This document shows, piece after piece, positions 12,854-27,033 of a DNA stretch of 64,000 nucleotides. The position numbers were made by a program, and so were the translations under genes. The notes under the pieces were generated by a model. The model ran no database searches. It saw nothing but the letters and a program-made list of their open reading frames with translations, and was not told the DNA's origin. Source of the stretch: Ptychomitrium polyphyllum (lineage: Eukaryota); the NCBI GenBank assembly GCA_973851085.1, contig OZ316775.1, positions 6,324,001-6,388,000 of the forward strand. Direction: 5' to 3'. The stretch's first letter is position 1. Each line of letters opens with the position of its first letter.

Positions 12854-13733
12854 GACAACAATCACATCTGCCTTCGAGGGTTGCCATAGCTCAACTTAAG
12901 GACATGAATTGTGCAACTACCATATCAACACGGTTTTCGTGAGGAACTATCATTCTCTTCTTGTTAGATTCTGGGTTGATAGATTCGAATTATGGAAATC
13001 ATTGCTCATCGTTCGATATTTATTCACTAGCAGCAGCTCCTGCTGTAGAGTATGTTCTAGAAACACAAAATCCTCCAAGTGGAGGCTCAAGCTCATCACA
13101 TTATTCACCACTGGTGACAAATGAGAGCTAGTAACACCCTACCAGCATTATCTTTGTAAGGAACACTCAACTAGGGCTTAGGGTTTAGGATTGAGTGGGG
13201 ACTTGCTAGCTATCATCTATCTTCGAAAATTGTCATCACTGGACATGAGGACATGAATTCTGCAACTGCCAACATGGTTACTGAGCTGTTCATTGATGGA
13301 GTGATTGCTGGCAGCAGCTTCTGCAGTGACTGGTAATTAACCTCGAAGGAAATCAATCCTTCTTTCCAAGCATTAATGCCGGTGCCTTACCCTTCTTCTA
13401 TTAACCAGAAAGCTCCAACCGTGTAGTTTCGCACGAGTCGGCATCAATAATATTCCCTGCACTCACTGCAGTACAGCGGCAGAGGAGGTTCTCCGAGAAT
13501 CGCAAGCCATGGTTCCCACCAATAAAGACAACCGCAACCTTCTAAACTGCGGAACAGGAGGCCAACGAGCTCTTCAATGCAACGCATGGGCCCCAAACGC
13601 ATCACAATCCTCACCCAATGTCCGTCCTTTCAAGCCCTGCCGTCGTGGGTGTATACCCTTCTAGCATTCAATGCAAAGAATCAGTCTCCCAGAGCAACAA
13701 TCTTTCGTATGCCGTGGACTCTTGCCTCCACGT

Positions 13734-14206
13734 TCACCACAACCCCTGCCATTGCAGCCTCCACATCCATCCCATGTCAACGCGGTAACCATCCTCCTAC
13801 GTAAAAACAGACGCGTTGTCAGCACCATTCTACATACATTGACGGTACCCTGTAAGTAGTATCCCTGCCAAACTCTCTAGCTCTGCAATCTAGTGACGAG
13901 CTGAGGCATGCGTGCAGGCTAGTAGTTGAGGACACCAGGGGGTGATGATGGATCATGAACGAGGCTCACCTGGCTGTTTGTGTGGGTATTGAGAGTGTAG
14001 CCTGGCGCTTCATACGTCCGCTGACAGATCTGAGCGCAATCGTCTTGGGGCTCTGTGTGGACAACCCCCAGAAGAGGAGCATTAACTCCCCCTCGTTGCT
14101 CATACGTGCCGCGGGTTTGCATTGCAGAAGATCGAACTGTTATCATCGTCTGATCCTCTAGCTTTCTCATACTTGCCGGCTGCACTGTTTGTAGGTCATT
14201 GAGCAT
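13734..14206 (-). CDS. Possible small two-exon orphan gene (~99 aa; exons 14206-13970 and 13796-13734)
   Basis: The ORF has a strong CAG|GTGAG donor that joins in phase 0 to a TTTTTACGTAG acceptor. The region is CpG-rich. No recognisable domain, so it may be non-coding. Confidence 0.3.
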
Positions 14207-17200
14207 GAGGGTGGCAAAAGCTGAACAAATCTTTTGAACGAAGTAAAATTTAATCTTCAGGCTCAGATCACATTCCTCTCAAATTCAATATCCTTAGCGA
14301 TCATGCCGTGGTGCTGCCGTAGTCATGGCAATGCCGCCGGCTGCATACTTTTATGTCCGCGTAGGGCTGCCTTTGCTCGAATAGCTTGCATGTGAATCAC
14401 CCTGTGGCTCGGCAGGGTGATTACCTCATAAAGTACCTGGATTAGCTTGTAAATTTTTCTGTTCGGAACACCTGGTGAGAACGATCCGAATTAAAAGTAT
14501 GAAAGAAATCAAAATCAGCTGATCGTAGCCGCATTGCAGTGGGATTATTATGCCGTCAGCTCCATTAAATGCTGCGAACCCTGGCTCAACAATCATGAGG
14601 ACTGCCGTAGATCGCTTAGCAGCACTGCACGATACATATGAATCTAACAGTATGCTACTGTCCAATGTTTGTGCATAAGTTTAAAACAGCTTCAGAAATT
14701 AAAACTATACCTTAGGATTCAGAGTACGAATTACCTAATTCCTCACTTGGGAAAATGGTGCATCTAATTTACTCAGCTCTTACAAATTCTCGTACTGACA
14801 GCAATTGAAGAAACATTTTATTATTAAATCAAGCAAGGGAGGGAAACACGTATTCACTGAGTTTTCAAGTACTGTAGATTTGAACAGTGACAGGGGTCGA
14901 GAGTTACGATTTCAGGAGCCGTCAAAAGCTTATACATTAGCAATACATGCACTCCACAGAGGCTGCGAGTCAGTGCTTCCCCTGCCGTACCAGCTTGCTA
15001 AATTACATACTTAACTTAAATGTGCGTTACGTGCAGCTTTCCAAATTGCGATGGCAGAGAGAGTGGAAGTGAGTTAATAGGAATGAAGCTGAGGGTGAAG
15101 ATCTAGCTGTTCCCAAGACCGCATATCATATTACTACTCACTGCATTGGGAAGCACTTTGGGTATTCAATTAAGGGCCATGATTATCTTCTGCTAGGGAG
15201 CGTGCACAATTCCTTATTAGTGATGATTATTGGCATGACATGAACTAGAAAAACCTCTGAAGTTGCAGACTTCTGTCAGTAGTATCAGAACTCAGCTCCG
15301 AGAGGGGCCGGCCTTTCCTAAGCCTGCTCCTAAGCTGCAACTCCACAGCAATGTCAAGTTTGCATGGGATCTGAGAGTGCTCACCAACAAAACTGCCCAA
15401 AAACCTGCTGCAAAAGCCTGCAAACTAGTCTCTGAATGCAAAGCTGTAGAAATTAGTCGGCTCATTTAATGAAGTCTCTCCTCAATGCTCAATATGCTCC
15501 CACTCATTTGCAGCTTACACGCCATAAATGTAGTACTTGAGGAAAGTCACCTAAAATTTGCATTAACTGCTGTGATCTGTAACACATGGTGTCCCTGCTG
15601 AGTCGCTCCTTGTGTGTGTCATTTTTTAGTAAGCAGCAGCAGTTACATTTGGGGTGAGCAGCCTTTCCCCAGACCATAACAGAGTCTCATATTTTGAGCT
15701 TTCTGAGGTCTGGGTCCTGTAATCCTGGTCTTGTTGTTGTGAAGGTTTTGGCTTAACTTGAACTTGAACTTGGTACACTACTCAGCACCAAGCAGGTCCA
15801 TGGATGTTCCAAATACACAATGCAACTCAGAATGGGTGACCTTCACTGTTGATCATTTGACAGATGAAACTGATCACTCTTTGCAAGTTGACAAAAACTG
15901 GAACTTACAACTGAGTGTCAGTGAATCTGTTGTCCTGCATATTGAGCAAAAAATTCTGTTATCATATGTTGAGGAATCATGATGCATAGAGGTGAGTTGC
16001 ATCATGATCCAGTTTGAGATATTCAATTCACTTCTGGCAGTTTCATGTGAATTCTAATTCATAGTGCTGAACCTAGTGAGCAGGTTCTACTAGACAAAAT
16101 CTAGCCTGCCACTTGAACATAGTAATGTCAGAATTGGCATAACTTCCGGGCTAGTGGAGTTTATAGATCATAATCATCAGATGAAACAGATTGTTCACAA
16201 GTTGCAAAGTTTCTTACAACACCCAAGTTCTGCCTTCTGAATGTCCACTAGCTGGAAATTTGAGAAGGGAAATTAATATTCAAAAAGGGCAGTCTAAAAA
16301 CAGAAGAGTGAAACTAAAAACAGTACCATAAAGACCCTCAAGAGTATTAATAAGAACTGAATCGGAGTTTATTAGGACCACCGTCAGGTGTTTTCCTGTA
16401 GTTATTTTTGGAAGAACTTCAGAAGATGCTTACATTTAAGTAAATGATGATCCTGGTGCAGTATTGTGCTCACTGAGCAGCTTGTTTGAATACTGCAAGT
16501 ATTTAAGTTTGCAAGGATATTCTGTTTCTAAGAAGGTATTTGACAGAATACATTTACTCATGTAAACTACTGTACAGAGCTTCCACAGCTATGCCCCAGG
16601 TTCGGCCAATACATAACTACCTTTTGTCTTCTGGTGTATGTCTCCAAGTTTTTATATCAGCATCTAGAGTCCATCTAGGATCTCATGCTTCTTCTCTTCA
16701 CTTCCTCAGTCCTCTACAGAGTTTGGTGGAGAAGAATCTACACTGCAACTCAGATTCTTACTCACATCATTTATAACACTGTTATACACTAGTTGCAGAT
16801 TTTATTTTTTCTGTTTTACTTCAATTTGAAACACAACTGGAAGTTCATATTATTCCCAATGGAAACTAAAAATCAAATTCTCAATGTCTTATTGGCTTGG
16901 GATTTTCTAGAGAGACGAATTTGTATTTTGAGGCAGGCTGGATGGGTAGCCATACCTTAGTAATCCAGCTTTCCACATATAAGTTATGGGCAGATACTCC
17001 TGTTATGTGAAATGAAGTCACTAGAAGAAGAGGAAAAATCAAGCTGGCCCAACTGACCTCTTCCATATGGACGGAGTCTGTCAGTAATGTGATAATTGTT
17101 CCATGACAAAATTGATACAACGACATTGTGTCCATATATACCTAAGATGTACGTCTACAGAGCTTGTGCCAAGAGCAGGCCTGTAACTTAGCACATGAAA

Positions 17201-20200
17201 GATCTACAGTCATCTACTACTTTGTCAATAGCCATTGGCTTCAGCCTCAGACAAAGCCTATTTTTAGTTCTTGCTGTAGTGTTTGGAAACACTGAAATTA
17301 GGCTTGTAAAAGATGTAAGCCTTTTTTCCATTTTTTTCTCATTTGCAAGCAACCATTTGAAACATGTCAAGATCTTTCCATGCAAGTGATAAGTTTGTAG
17401 TAGATCATATTCTGATAATGGAGCTGATGAGCAATCCTGCTGTCACTCAAGATTGCACGAACACCGTCCAGGCTGACAGGGTTGTGTTATAAGAATGAGA
17501 GCTGCCCTGTCTTTAGCTAAAAACCAAACATGGTGGCTTCATCTTCACGAAAAGCTGCATCCATCCAGCAGTTAAGCTACAAGCAGAGCCAGCCAGTCAA
17601 GTCTGTGTCTGTTTCATGAGCAGCTGCATCCCTGTTACGTATGCTACTTGTGACAATGCTAGGCTTACATTCCCTATGTTGAAGCAATCACCCTGAAGTT
17701 TATGGGAATGAGGGAATTTCCAAATGATGGCCTCTGGTAGGACCTATTCTTCTTCATCCAAGAAATTAACAACTCAGAAACTAAGTTCAAGGAAGTGTGT
17801 AGCTTTGAACTCCTCGTGTGATTCATCCACTGCACCACCATTTGATAGCCCCCATCAAACAATGCAAATCCAAGAGAGCCCTATCTTTTTTGAGGCATAT
17901 GAGATCTTTATTAAGAGTAACATAAATAAGGTACAACCAGAAAGGTAAATATTGAAACTCATATGATTAATTAGAAAGCTTTTATCTCATGTATCATTCA
18001 TTCCCACTCACTAACTAATAATTATCCTACTTTCTTTAGTTTTGAAGGATTACAAAATCAAGACTAATACTTTATTATTAACATGTACACCAATTGAAAG
18101 GACTCTCTTGGCATCATCCTTTTGAACAATGTCTCTCTTGACTCAAGTGTGTTTTTACAAAAAGAATTAAAACTATTGGAGATTGGTTATTTGTTATTCA
18201 AAATCATCAACATATGATGTTACATAATACAGCAATGTTGGATGCTCTGCATCCAAGGCCCCAATAAGGGATTAACTGTTACATACTCAGACTCTTGAGG
18301 AATTGTTTATGTCCCCTCCCCAAGTCCCCAGTGCCCACGAGAGAGACCTGGGGGGTTGACGCAGTCTTGCAGGGTGAGAGAGACATAGGTTATGACAAAA
18401 GTGCAGAGGGGCAAATCTACTACGACAAGCCTGCCACACCTTAGTGGAATCATCTGATGTAGGCCCTACCCATGATTCCACTTCAGCTGCAGTGAAGTAG
18501 CTTCAGATGCACTCCCTCTTCCTTTTGCATGTGGCCACATCACAATCACACCATGCACATAGCCAGCCTAAACTTTGAGACAGATTAACCAGGCCCTAAC
18601 TACACTTTCGACCCATTTAGGGTAGCAGGCAATCTTTGACTTTCCAAATCTTCACCTTGAGTCTTTTCACTATCAAATATCGTCAGTGGGTATTCTTCTG
18701 AGCTTTTACCCAATCCTACAATTGGATTAGATGTTGTTGTAATATATACTTCACTAAAATTATACATGTAGAAGAATGTAAACCAAATTTTCATCCAGTT
18801 TAGTTCAAAGGTGGCCTGCAGAAATGAGGTCACAAGGTGTAAACAATACAAAAACTTCATTTGTACATTAGCACCAAAAAATCCTGCAATTACCATTTTG
18901 TAATGATATTTCTCAAATCTTCAATTCTGCAAATCTGGAGATATCCTGCAACCTCCAGCGGTAAATTTGAAACTGCAGAAGAGCCTGCCCTGGCTGCCCT
19001 CAACAAAGACCCTCACAGTGCTTGTCTGCAGTCAAACTACATCTAGCATGACACATGGTGAGAGTTGAACTCTCAGAATACACACTTCAGAAAATGTTGC
19101 AGCCTGAAATAATGATAAAATTAGACTCCAAACTTGGACCCCTGCCCCCAGTATGATTGCAACAGTGTTTTTGGTTTTAGTTTTGTCAATAGCCATGACA
19201 ACATTCAAATTTCCAGCCTTGGATGAAAACCACCCATGCAAAGGTAAACCAAAGTGTTTCTGCTCTTGCAACAGGACACATAGTACGACCAGTCATTGAT
19301 CAAGGACACCAAGTACAAACAAATGACAAACCAGCAATTCATTTAACATGTATGCATTCATTGACCTGAGCCACAAGGTCAATGCATATGGCAGGCGTGG
19401 TCAAGCAAGAAGCAAATCCCTTTTTCCCCTTTCTTCTCAGTTTGGAAACACTCTGCGCTTGATGATTATCATCTTGTTACAGCAAATTAGTTTGCACTTG
19501 AGGGTACTAAGCCCTTGGCCACGTCAACTTGCCACCAAACCTGGATGAAAAGCAAGGAGGGCCTGCTCAAAAACATAGGAAATACTAGAAAGAAAGGGAA
19601 TCTTGAAGTTGGGAGAGGTGACAGTAGGGACGTGGAGCCAAAAATTTTAAGGATTTGTAGACTTTTGAATCTATGGTTTCAAGAGAGGGTGAGGGACAAG
19701 AACAAAGTTTATTTTTCAAATCTATGGATCTCCAAATATATGGAGAGACATCTAATGAAGGTCATATCTGAAATTTGAAGCCATAAATTCCTTCAGGTGG
19801 GGGCATCGCTCCATGAATTTTGTTGCTTCAAAATTCACTAAAAAAATCTACATTAAATAAAAACCTTGTAAAAGGATTGGAATTGGTTATTGAATGAAAG
19901 ATATAATAGAACCTAAGTGCTTATTTAAAGTATTGCATAATAAATTACAAAACAAATATCTTCTTTAAACTTATGTAGCATGCCCAAATTATACCTTTAA
20001 TTGGTTGCTCAAGTTCAAACTTCCTTGGAGCCGCATGTATACTAGTTAGAATTCAAAACCCTGGACTTTTTGAATTGTAGATTTTTATCATATTAAAAGT
20101 TATCTCATATTCAAAAATTGCAATGCCAATCGTAAATGTATGTGTTTTCTCTTCTGAAATTGGAAGAAATAACAATTAAGAAAATGCTTTTTATTTGAGC

Positions 20201-22659
20201 AATTTCTGCTATTTTATTTTTTCCTTGGATCAAGGAGCAACTAGGTAAACCTTATCCTTAAATGCAATTTCTTAACTTATTGTAAGAATTAGGCTTTGCA
20301 TAGATGTGATGGGGGTGTTTATTGCCTCCAGTTGTACTAATATGGGACCCAAGATTTATCAGATTAGTGAAATCTTAATATTAGTTTTTTCTAGATATTC
20401 GGAATTTCAAGAACTAACATTAATGTTTTTCAAATGATCGATATTCACCTTTTCACTACTCTGAAATCTTATAACAACTAGAACTTTTTTTAAATTGATG
20501 TGAGAATGAGAACTGACATGATTATTTTTGGAATCAATTAATTTTTTATTTTAACTAATCTTAGATGTAAGAAATGATGAAAGTCATGAGAATTGCATCA
20601 CATTACTTGCCAAGATGGATGAAATTTATGATATTATTATAACCTTAATATTTTACTTTTTAATGAACATAAATTCATTGCTCTATTGCAATATAACAAT
20701 TTTCGAAAGAATTAATCAAATTTGTTTCCATTTCTTTAACATCTCATATTTGAAAGATATTATGTAAAAGCCCTATAGTTTATAATATATATCTTCTTTT
20801 TTTTTTTTCTTTTTTAACAAATTTGAATGTTTCAATATATTCTAACAAATTTGCCAAAGAAATGGTTATTATAGATAAATTACGTTGAAACACTAAAAAA
20901 ATCAAGATGAAAAAAACCTTTTCCTTTGGATTAATTCTAAGATTGTCATTCCAAGAACATTCTTAGAAACAACAAATAGAAAATAATTTAATTATAGTAA
21001 TTATTGCCATGGAAACAACCAATTCATTCTTTCAATTGACTTCAAATTATTTCTTTTGTAGGCAATAAAACAAAGTGTAAAACCTTAAAAGAATTATATT
21101 GCTAAAGTCTAAAAATATGACAAAAATTTCTTCTTCCAAAATATAATGAAGGAAGGTATAAGGTGGTTCTAAAATCCAAATATATTTTTATTTTATTACT
21201 TTTAATTAAAATCGGTTGTTATGCATTAGATTTAATAATTATTTATTATATTTAAATCATTAAAGTCAATATAAATGAATGTTTATGGATTCAAAATTTG
21301 CTCTTATATCCATTTACAACTTAAAAACTAATGTTTTATATTGTAATCAAGAAGCATCCTTGAAATTTAAATCTTAGAATCTAATGTAATAATGTGCATT
21401 CAAATTAAAATATATATGTTGCGTAAAAAAATAATCATCAATTTGTTGCAAAAAAAAATACAGCAATCTTAATTTGATGATTGTATTTTATTATTAAATT
21501 GAAGCATTCAACTACAAAACTAATAGGCTTTCAATAATGTTCATTATATAGAAAGATTGTTAAGTTAAAGAATGGTATGGTTGCTACAAGCAAAACTTAA
21601 TGAAGATTTAATATTTGTTGAAACCATTACACTTTTGGGTGCTTTTGAATCTAATAGGATATATAAGGCGGGTTTCTCTTTTGAAGTTCTTTTAGGAAGT
21701 TGATAATTAACGGAATTTTCATTTAAAAAAAATTAAGCTTATAATTTTTTTTAGAATACAATATTTTACACAATTTATTTAAGAAAAAGAATCTTACAAA
21801 TATTGTGTAGATAAGTCATTTGAAAAAATATATTTTGATATTTCAACATCTGAGATACCTTCATATTCTTGCATTGAATATTAAAACAAGGTATCCCATT
21901 AATTTTAATCTTTTATTATTATTATGGAATCCAATGAATATTCTTAAATTATTTTGAATCCAATAGCATTTAAATTAATTAAAGTATATTTACTTCATAT
22001 AAAATGTTTTGTATATTTCAATCATAATGTTTGTGCAAATTATTATTATATTTTATAACATTGAATATATATCAAGGTGCAATGTTTTGGAATTAATTAA
22101 TGAAATTTGAAAACATATCTTTTTAAAACATGTATTGATTTTTACAATTATAATTTAAAAAATTTACTTATTATAATTTGAAGTTATAAATGTGGCATTT
22201 TACAAATTCTTAGTTCTTTAATGTAACATATTCCTTTGGTTTTATTAAAAAAAATACCACTATATAAGCATACACCATTATATATTTAATCAAATGAATT
22301 TGTAAATTGTAACAAAAAACACAAACGTTTTCTCTTATAATTAACCTCTAAAGCCACAAACATAATGTTTTGAAAACGCTTTGGATGGTTAAAACTTCAA
22401 ATAGGTGTTTTTCCATTATTTGATGTTTCAATCAAAAATAATAATTTAGTATGGTTAATTTGAACCTTAAATTTAATCTTTTTTTTGTAATAAAATACTT
22501 GCATTAGTCTTATCTATATCACAAACTTGGTAAGCATTTTAGTATAAAGATATGTTATTTAAAAAACATTTATTATGTAACATTTTGATCATATTTGGAC
22601 GATGCAAGATTAAATATTTGTACTATCTATATTTATGTATACATACACACATTCACCTC

Positions 22660-22690
22660 TATATATCTGTATATCTATACATACATACAT

Positions 22691-22724
<34 letters not shown>
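22660..22724. repeat. Compound (TACA)n/(CA)n/(TA)n microsatellite
   Basis: ATACATACATACATACACACACACACATATATATAT... seen directly. Confidence 0.95.
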
Positions 22725-25700
22725 TCCATTTTATTCAAGTGATTTTTGTAATAGAATTTGTGATGTCAAAATATTATTGCCAAATGCCTGAATTACTAAA
22801 AAAATTTATGATCTTCTAATTTATATATAAAATTGTATTTCTGAAACATTTATATTTTTCTTCTATTTATTTTAACAAGCAATGATATTTTTAATGTGAA
22901 ATTGTTCTAGTTCTTTATAAGTTAATGGGTGCCCTTTAAAATAAGATAACAATTTTTGGATTCTAGAACAGTTTGCTTATCTATGTTATAATTTTTATCA
23001 TTTTCAACAAGAATAGCTATTTACACTATTAAAAACTTATACTATGCAATAACCAAGATTTTATTTTGTCAAAAAAATTAAAATTTGTAATTATTTATAT
23101 AGTAAATTTATAACTATTTATAGATAATTTTAAAGTCTGTAGTTTGTAGTTGTGAAACTTTTAAAATTAGAATATCATGTCTTGAAAATACAGGGTTTAC
23201 AAAGGTGATTTTGAATTGGTGGAAGGGCCTATACAAAAGGGCCCACTGGCTCAAAGATTGAAACATTTGAATTTAGTTCCTGGCGCTGTGTCTCACCTTA
23301 GAAGGGTGAGGGTAGAGACAATAAAGCAATTAAAGTATGTCCAAGTGCCCTCTCAAGGCTCAAAACCACAGAAGTTGATGGACAGAGAACTCACACCAAA
23401 CTCACATGATTATATGTTATTATATTACTGGGAAGTCCAGGACAAACCACTTTGCAACCTCCTCAGGCCTCGCAAGCCGTCAAGACGTCCAATCTTCTCA
23501 CCAGAATTGAGAATGATGATTTTATGTAGACTGTGCCTAGTCATCGAATTTTTCATAAAGATTTCAAGCAAGAGAAGTACAAGTTAGTATGAGGCAGTCA
23601 AACGTGGATTATACATTTCGTGGTTGACATTTCTTTCCTACAGGTCAACTTGGAAACACGGTAACTTATCTCACTTCCTTCCATGGAACTGTTTGGAAAA
23701 GTAGTGTTGGTCTCATGGGCCATGGCAGTCAATGGGGATTGTAAGGAGAGACTCCAGCTGGTTTAAGTTCCTCTACTGTATGATTTCTGAGGGACTGGTG
23801 AGGTATTTACTTTAAGAGTTGGGGTCAAATACTAAGCCAATCACAAAGTCAAACTACTACTAAAAATAAAACTCTGTGGCTTCAGATCCAAAGCAAGTTA
23901 CATATTTAGAGTATAGTAGCTTCAGCTTCTAAAAACACAGTGGTGACTTTGCCTCCACAGGGTTTGTTGTCATATCTGAAATTTGCTGCACACCCAGATT
24001 TTCCAGTAGATTTGTGGTGCCTTGGGTGCTACTGGGAGTCAGTGCATCTCTGTGTTGCATGTACTAGTAGTCTTCTAACAGTTGACCTTCACAATGTATT
24101 TTTAGTATATCAATATGAAGCAGGAGCTGTGGATCCATTTCAGGTCCTATTCCCTTCTCCAGGAAAGCATACATAACTTCCTAACGCAGAGGGATTCCAG
24201 TATGTTAACCACCTACAGATGAGCTTGGAAAATCTACAGTATCTTACCTTGGGACATGCACTTGTTGGAATTCTCAACATGCACAATACTACTTTTGGTG
24301 TACAGGGCTGCATCATACAGAAATGCTTTTCTTCACAATGATGTATAGCTCAGAGCTGAAATTGTGCAATGCTGCTTGTACAAACTTTACAGTCCTAAGG
24401 AGTTTGTGGCACCTACTGATGGGCTGCTCAGTAGCACAGGACCCAATTTGAACTTTATAGTTGCTGGGTCAGTGTAGACATTCTCAAAAGGTTCAAATTG
24501 AGGAAACCTAATCCCAATCATTTGAATTGCAGCCACCCTTTAAATTGTGAAAAGACTTTTTCTATTTCTTTGTTCTAAGTGCATATTGAAAGCACACACC
24601 AAACACCTAAAAAATGCCATTATTGGAAGCACAATAGTAAATTCTATAGATATTGTACGACAAAACTACAGCCTTTACAAGCATGTTAATACATGAAGTT
24701 TGAAGAGTGTAATCAAATTTTTAGAGTAGAAGGGAGGTGATTTGATAAATGTAAAGATTTTGTTACTTAGCTTCCCTCAAGTCCAGAAATTTGACGACAT
24801 CCTTCAAGCTCCGTACATTTGCATGCTTGTAAAGGCCATAGTTTTGTAATCCAATATCCAAATCTAGAAATTTTTGTGTTCATTTTATGTAAATTTTGAA
24901 TGGGCTGCTAATGATGGCACTTGTCAACTATTGGTTCTATTTGAAGAAGATTTTTGTTCAAAGTTTGATGTGTGCATTAGACTTGCTCCAATTTATTTAT
25001 TGATAACACCAATATCTTATTTTTACAATATAATTTTTTTTCTTTTTAAAATGATTTTAACTTATAAAAGTATTATATTCTATTTTTCATAGTTAAATTT
25101 GTTTGGATAGTGCCACTTTTGGATATCCTGGGTTGATTGAAAATTAACAAATAAAAACCAACCAATGAAAAACATACAAACTTGACAATCTTCATTGCTT
25201 TGTAGATGGTTCAATGATTACCTATGGTTTTAAACACATCTATATTTTTCAACTTATTATTGAAATACTCACTTTCTTCTTTTGTAAATATTCTGCTTCT
25301 TTATGCAATAGATGGACATTCTTAGCCCTATGTCTTTATATATAGTTTAACTTCCAAAACAATGCCTTTCATAGCCAAAATCATTTTTTGCAATTTAAAA
25401 GAAACTTAATTTACCTTTATGTCTTTGCCTTTGAATTGATTCTGGTGGCACATGTAGCTCTATAGTTTTTTTTTTGGTCTAGCTTATTCTCTCGTCCCCT
25501 CCTCTCTTTGCCTTATCCGCTTCTAGTGGTCTTGGTTAGATTTCCATATGGCCTTGACTAAGGTTCTTTTTAGCTTCTCATGTGGTTGCTTTGCATATTA
25601 CCTATCTTCATTTACCGCATACTTTTGGTTGATTTATGTGGTAATCCTCTTCCATCAACATACACAGATGACAAAGAATTTCACAAGAAGGTGCACAAAG

Positions 25701-26780
25701 GGTTCTTTGTAGAGTGTTATGTCCAACATTTGAGATGCAATTGCTTTAAAGTATTTATTATTTGAGTTACTTGTATCTTGTGTTTTCTAAACTGATCTAA
25801 ACTGAGTGATCTAAACTGCATGAATTAAAATATGTGTACCAAGAAAGTGCATAAGTTTATGATATTCAAGTATGGATTTCAGTTATAAAGATAGAGAATA
25901 AGAAGGAAATTTAGATTGTGAGAGAAGAGTTGAGCTTACAAATTCCTCTATCTTAAACACTAGTACTATCTTTTATGTTCTTTTACCATTGGTACATTAC
26001 AAAACTTTAGCCCTGTGGAATGAAAGACAGAGAAATGAACTTGGAATTTGAAGTTGGGCTCCAATCCAGCAATCATCCACCGCAACTGTTGAAGATATAG
26101 TCTATTGGACCCTCAAGCTGTCATTATGCATTGCACTGACATTCACAGTGTTTTCTAATTGTTGGCAGGGCCATTATAGCATAGATCAAAGGGGGCCCAA
26201 CATAGTGTTATGCAAATGAACATCTGAAAGGATAGAAGAGCCCTCCCTACTTTTCCTAGGTAGAACTGTTTCCTGTTGAATTTGACTAATTCAAGGATAT
26301 GTAACCCAAGGAATTAAAATACACACCTTGCAAGTTGGAGACTTAGGGCACTGTAAACACCACCAATGGCAATGATTGAAGCAGACTCTATTTGGCTTGA
26401 AGCAATCAAGTAGGAACAAATACATGGTGTTTAAATCTTCATGTGTGCAGTGCACAACGAAGTACCTCCACGGAAACATCTTTCACCATAATTCATTCAT
26501 TTCCTGAAGGTCGTATGCTTTGCATTGCTCTTTACTATAAATAGCAGTTTGTGGCCAACCTTGTAATCAGGAATAGTATGATTTCAAGCCCAATCAATGA
26601 TGAATAGTTGCCTGATTTGGCTTCTCGCCAATATATAGTGATAACAAAAATAAGTTTTTACTTCTTTAAGTAAATAATTGATTGATTTATTTTTTGGTGT
26701 TGAAACCACCAAAATGATTAAGAATGGTTGAAAGTACAAAAATTGGCATTAATGAATTATTTTTTAAATCCTTTTGGTCG

Positions 26781-27033
26781 ATTTTTGCTTCCCATTGGTT
26801 GAAATGGTGCAATTAACTTTGTAACCTTTTAAATACTATATTTTTCTTTATTTGTCTATAAAGGTTATTTTAATCTTTCTTTCCTATATTTCCACACTTA
26901 TTAAATTTGTATAGAATATAATAATTACAATAATACGAATTGTTTGAAAATTTATAAAATTCATCAGCTTAAGAAGACAAGACTAAATCTTTAGTAATTG
27001 CACCATCTCATCCTCACCAATGGGAAGCAAAAT
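26781..27033. mobile_element. MITE-like element with ~35-40 bp imperfect inverted repeats
   Basis: TTTTGCTTCCCATTGGTTGAAATGGTGCAATTA (26783-) is the reverse complement, with a small indel, of TAATTGCACCATCTCATCCTCACCAATGGGAAGCAAAA (~26995-27032). The interior is AT-rich. Confidence 0.6.

Noticed and set aside
22552..22819. His/Tyr/Ile-rich ORFs
   Set aside because: Translations of the microsatellite.
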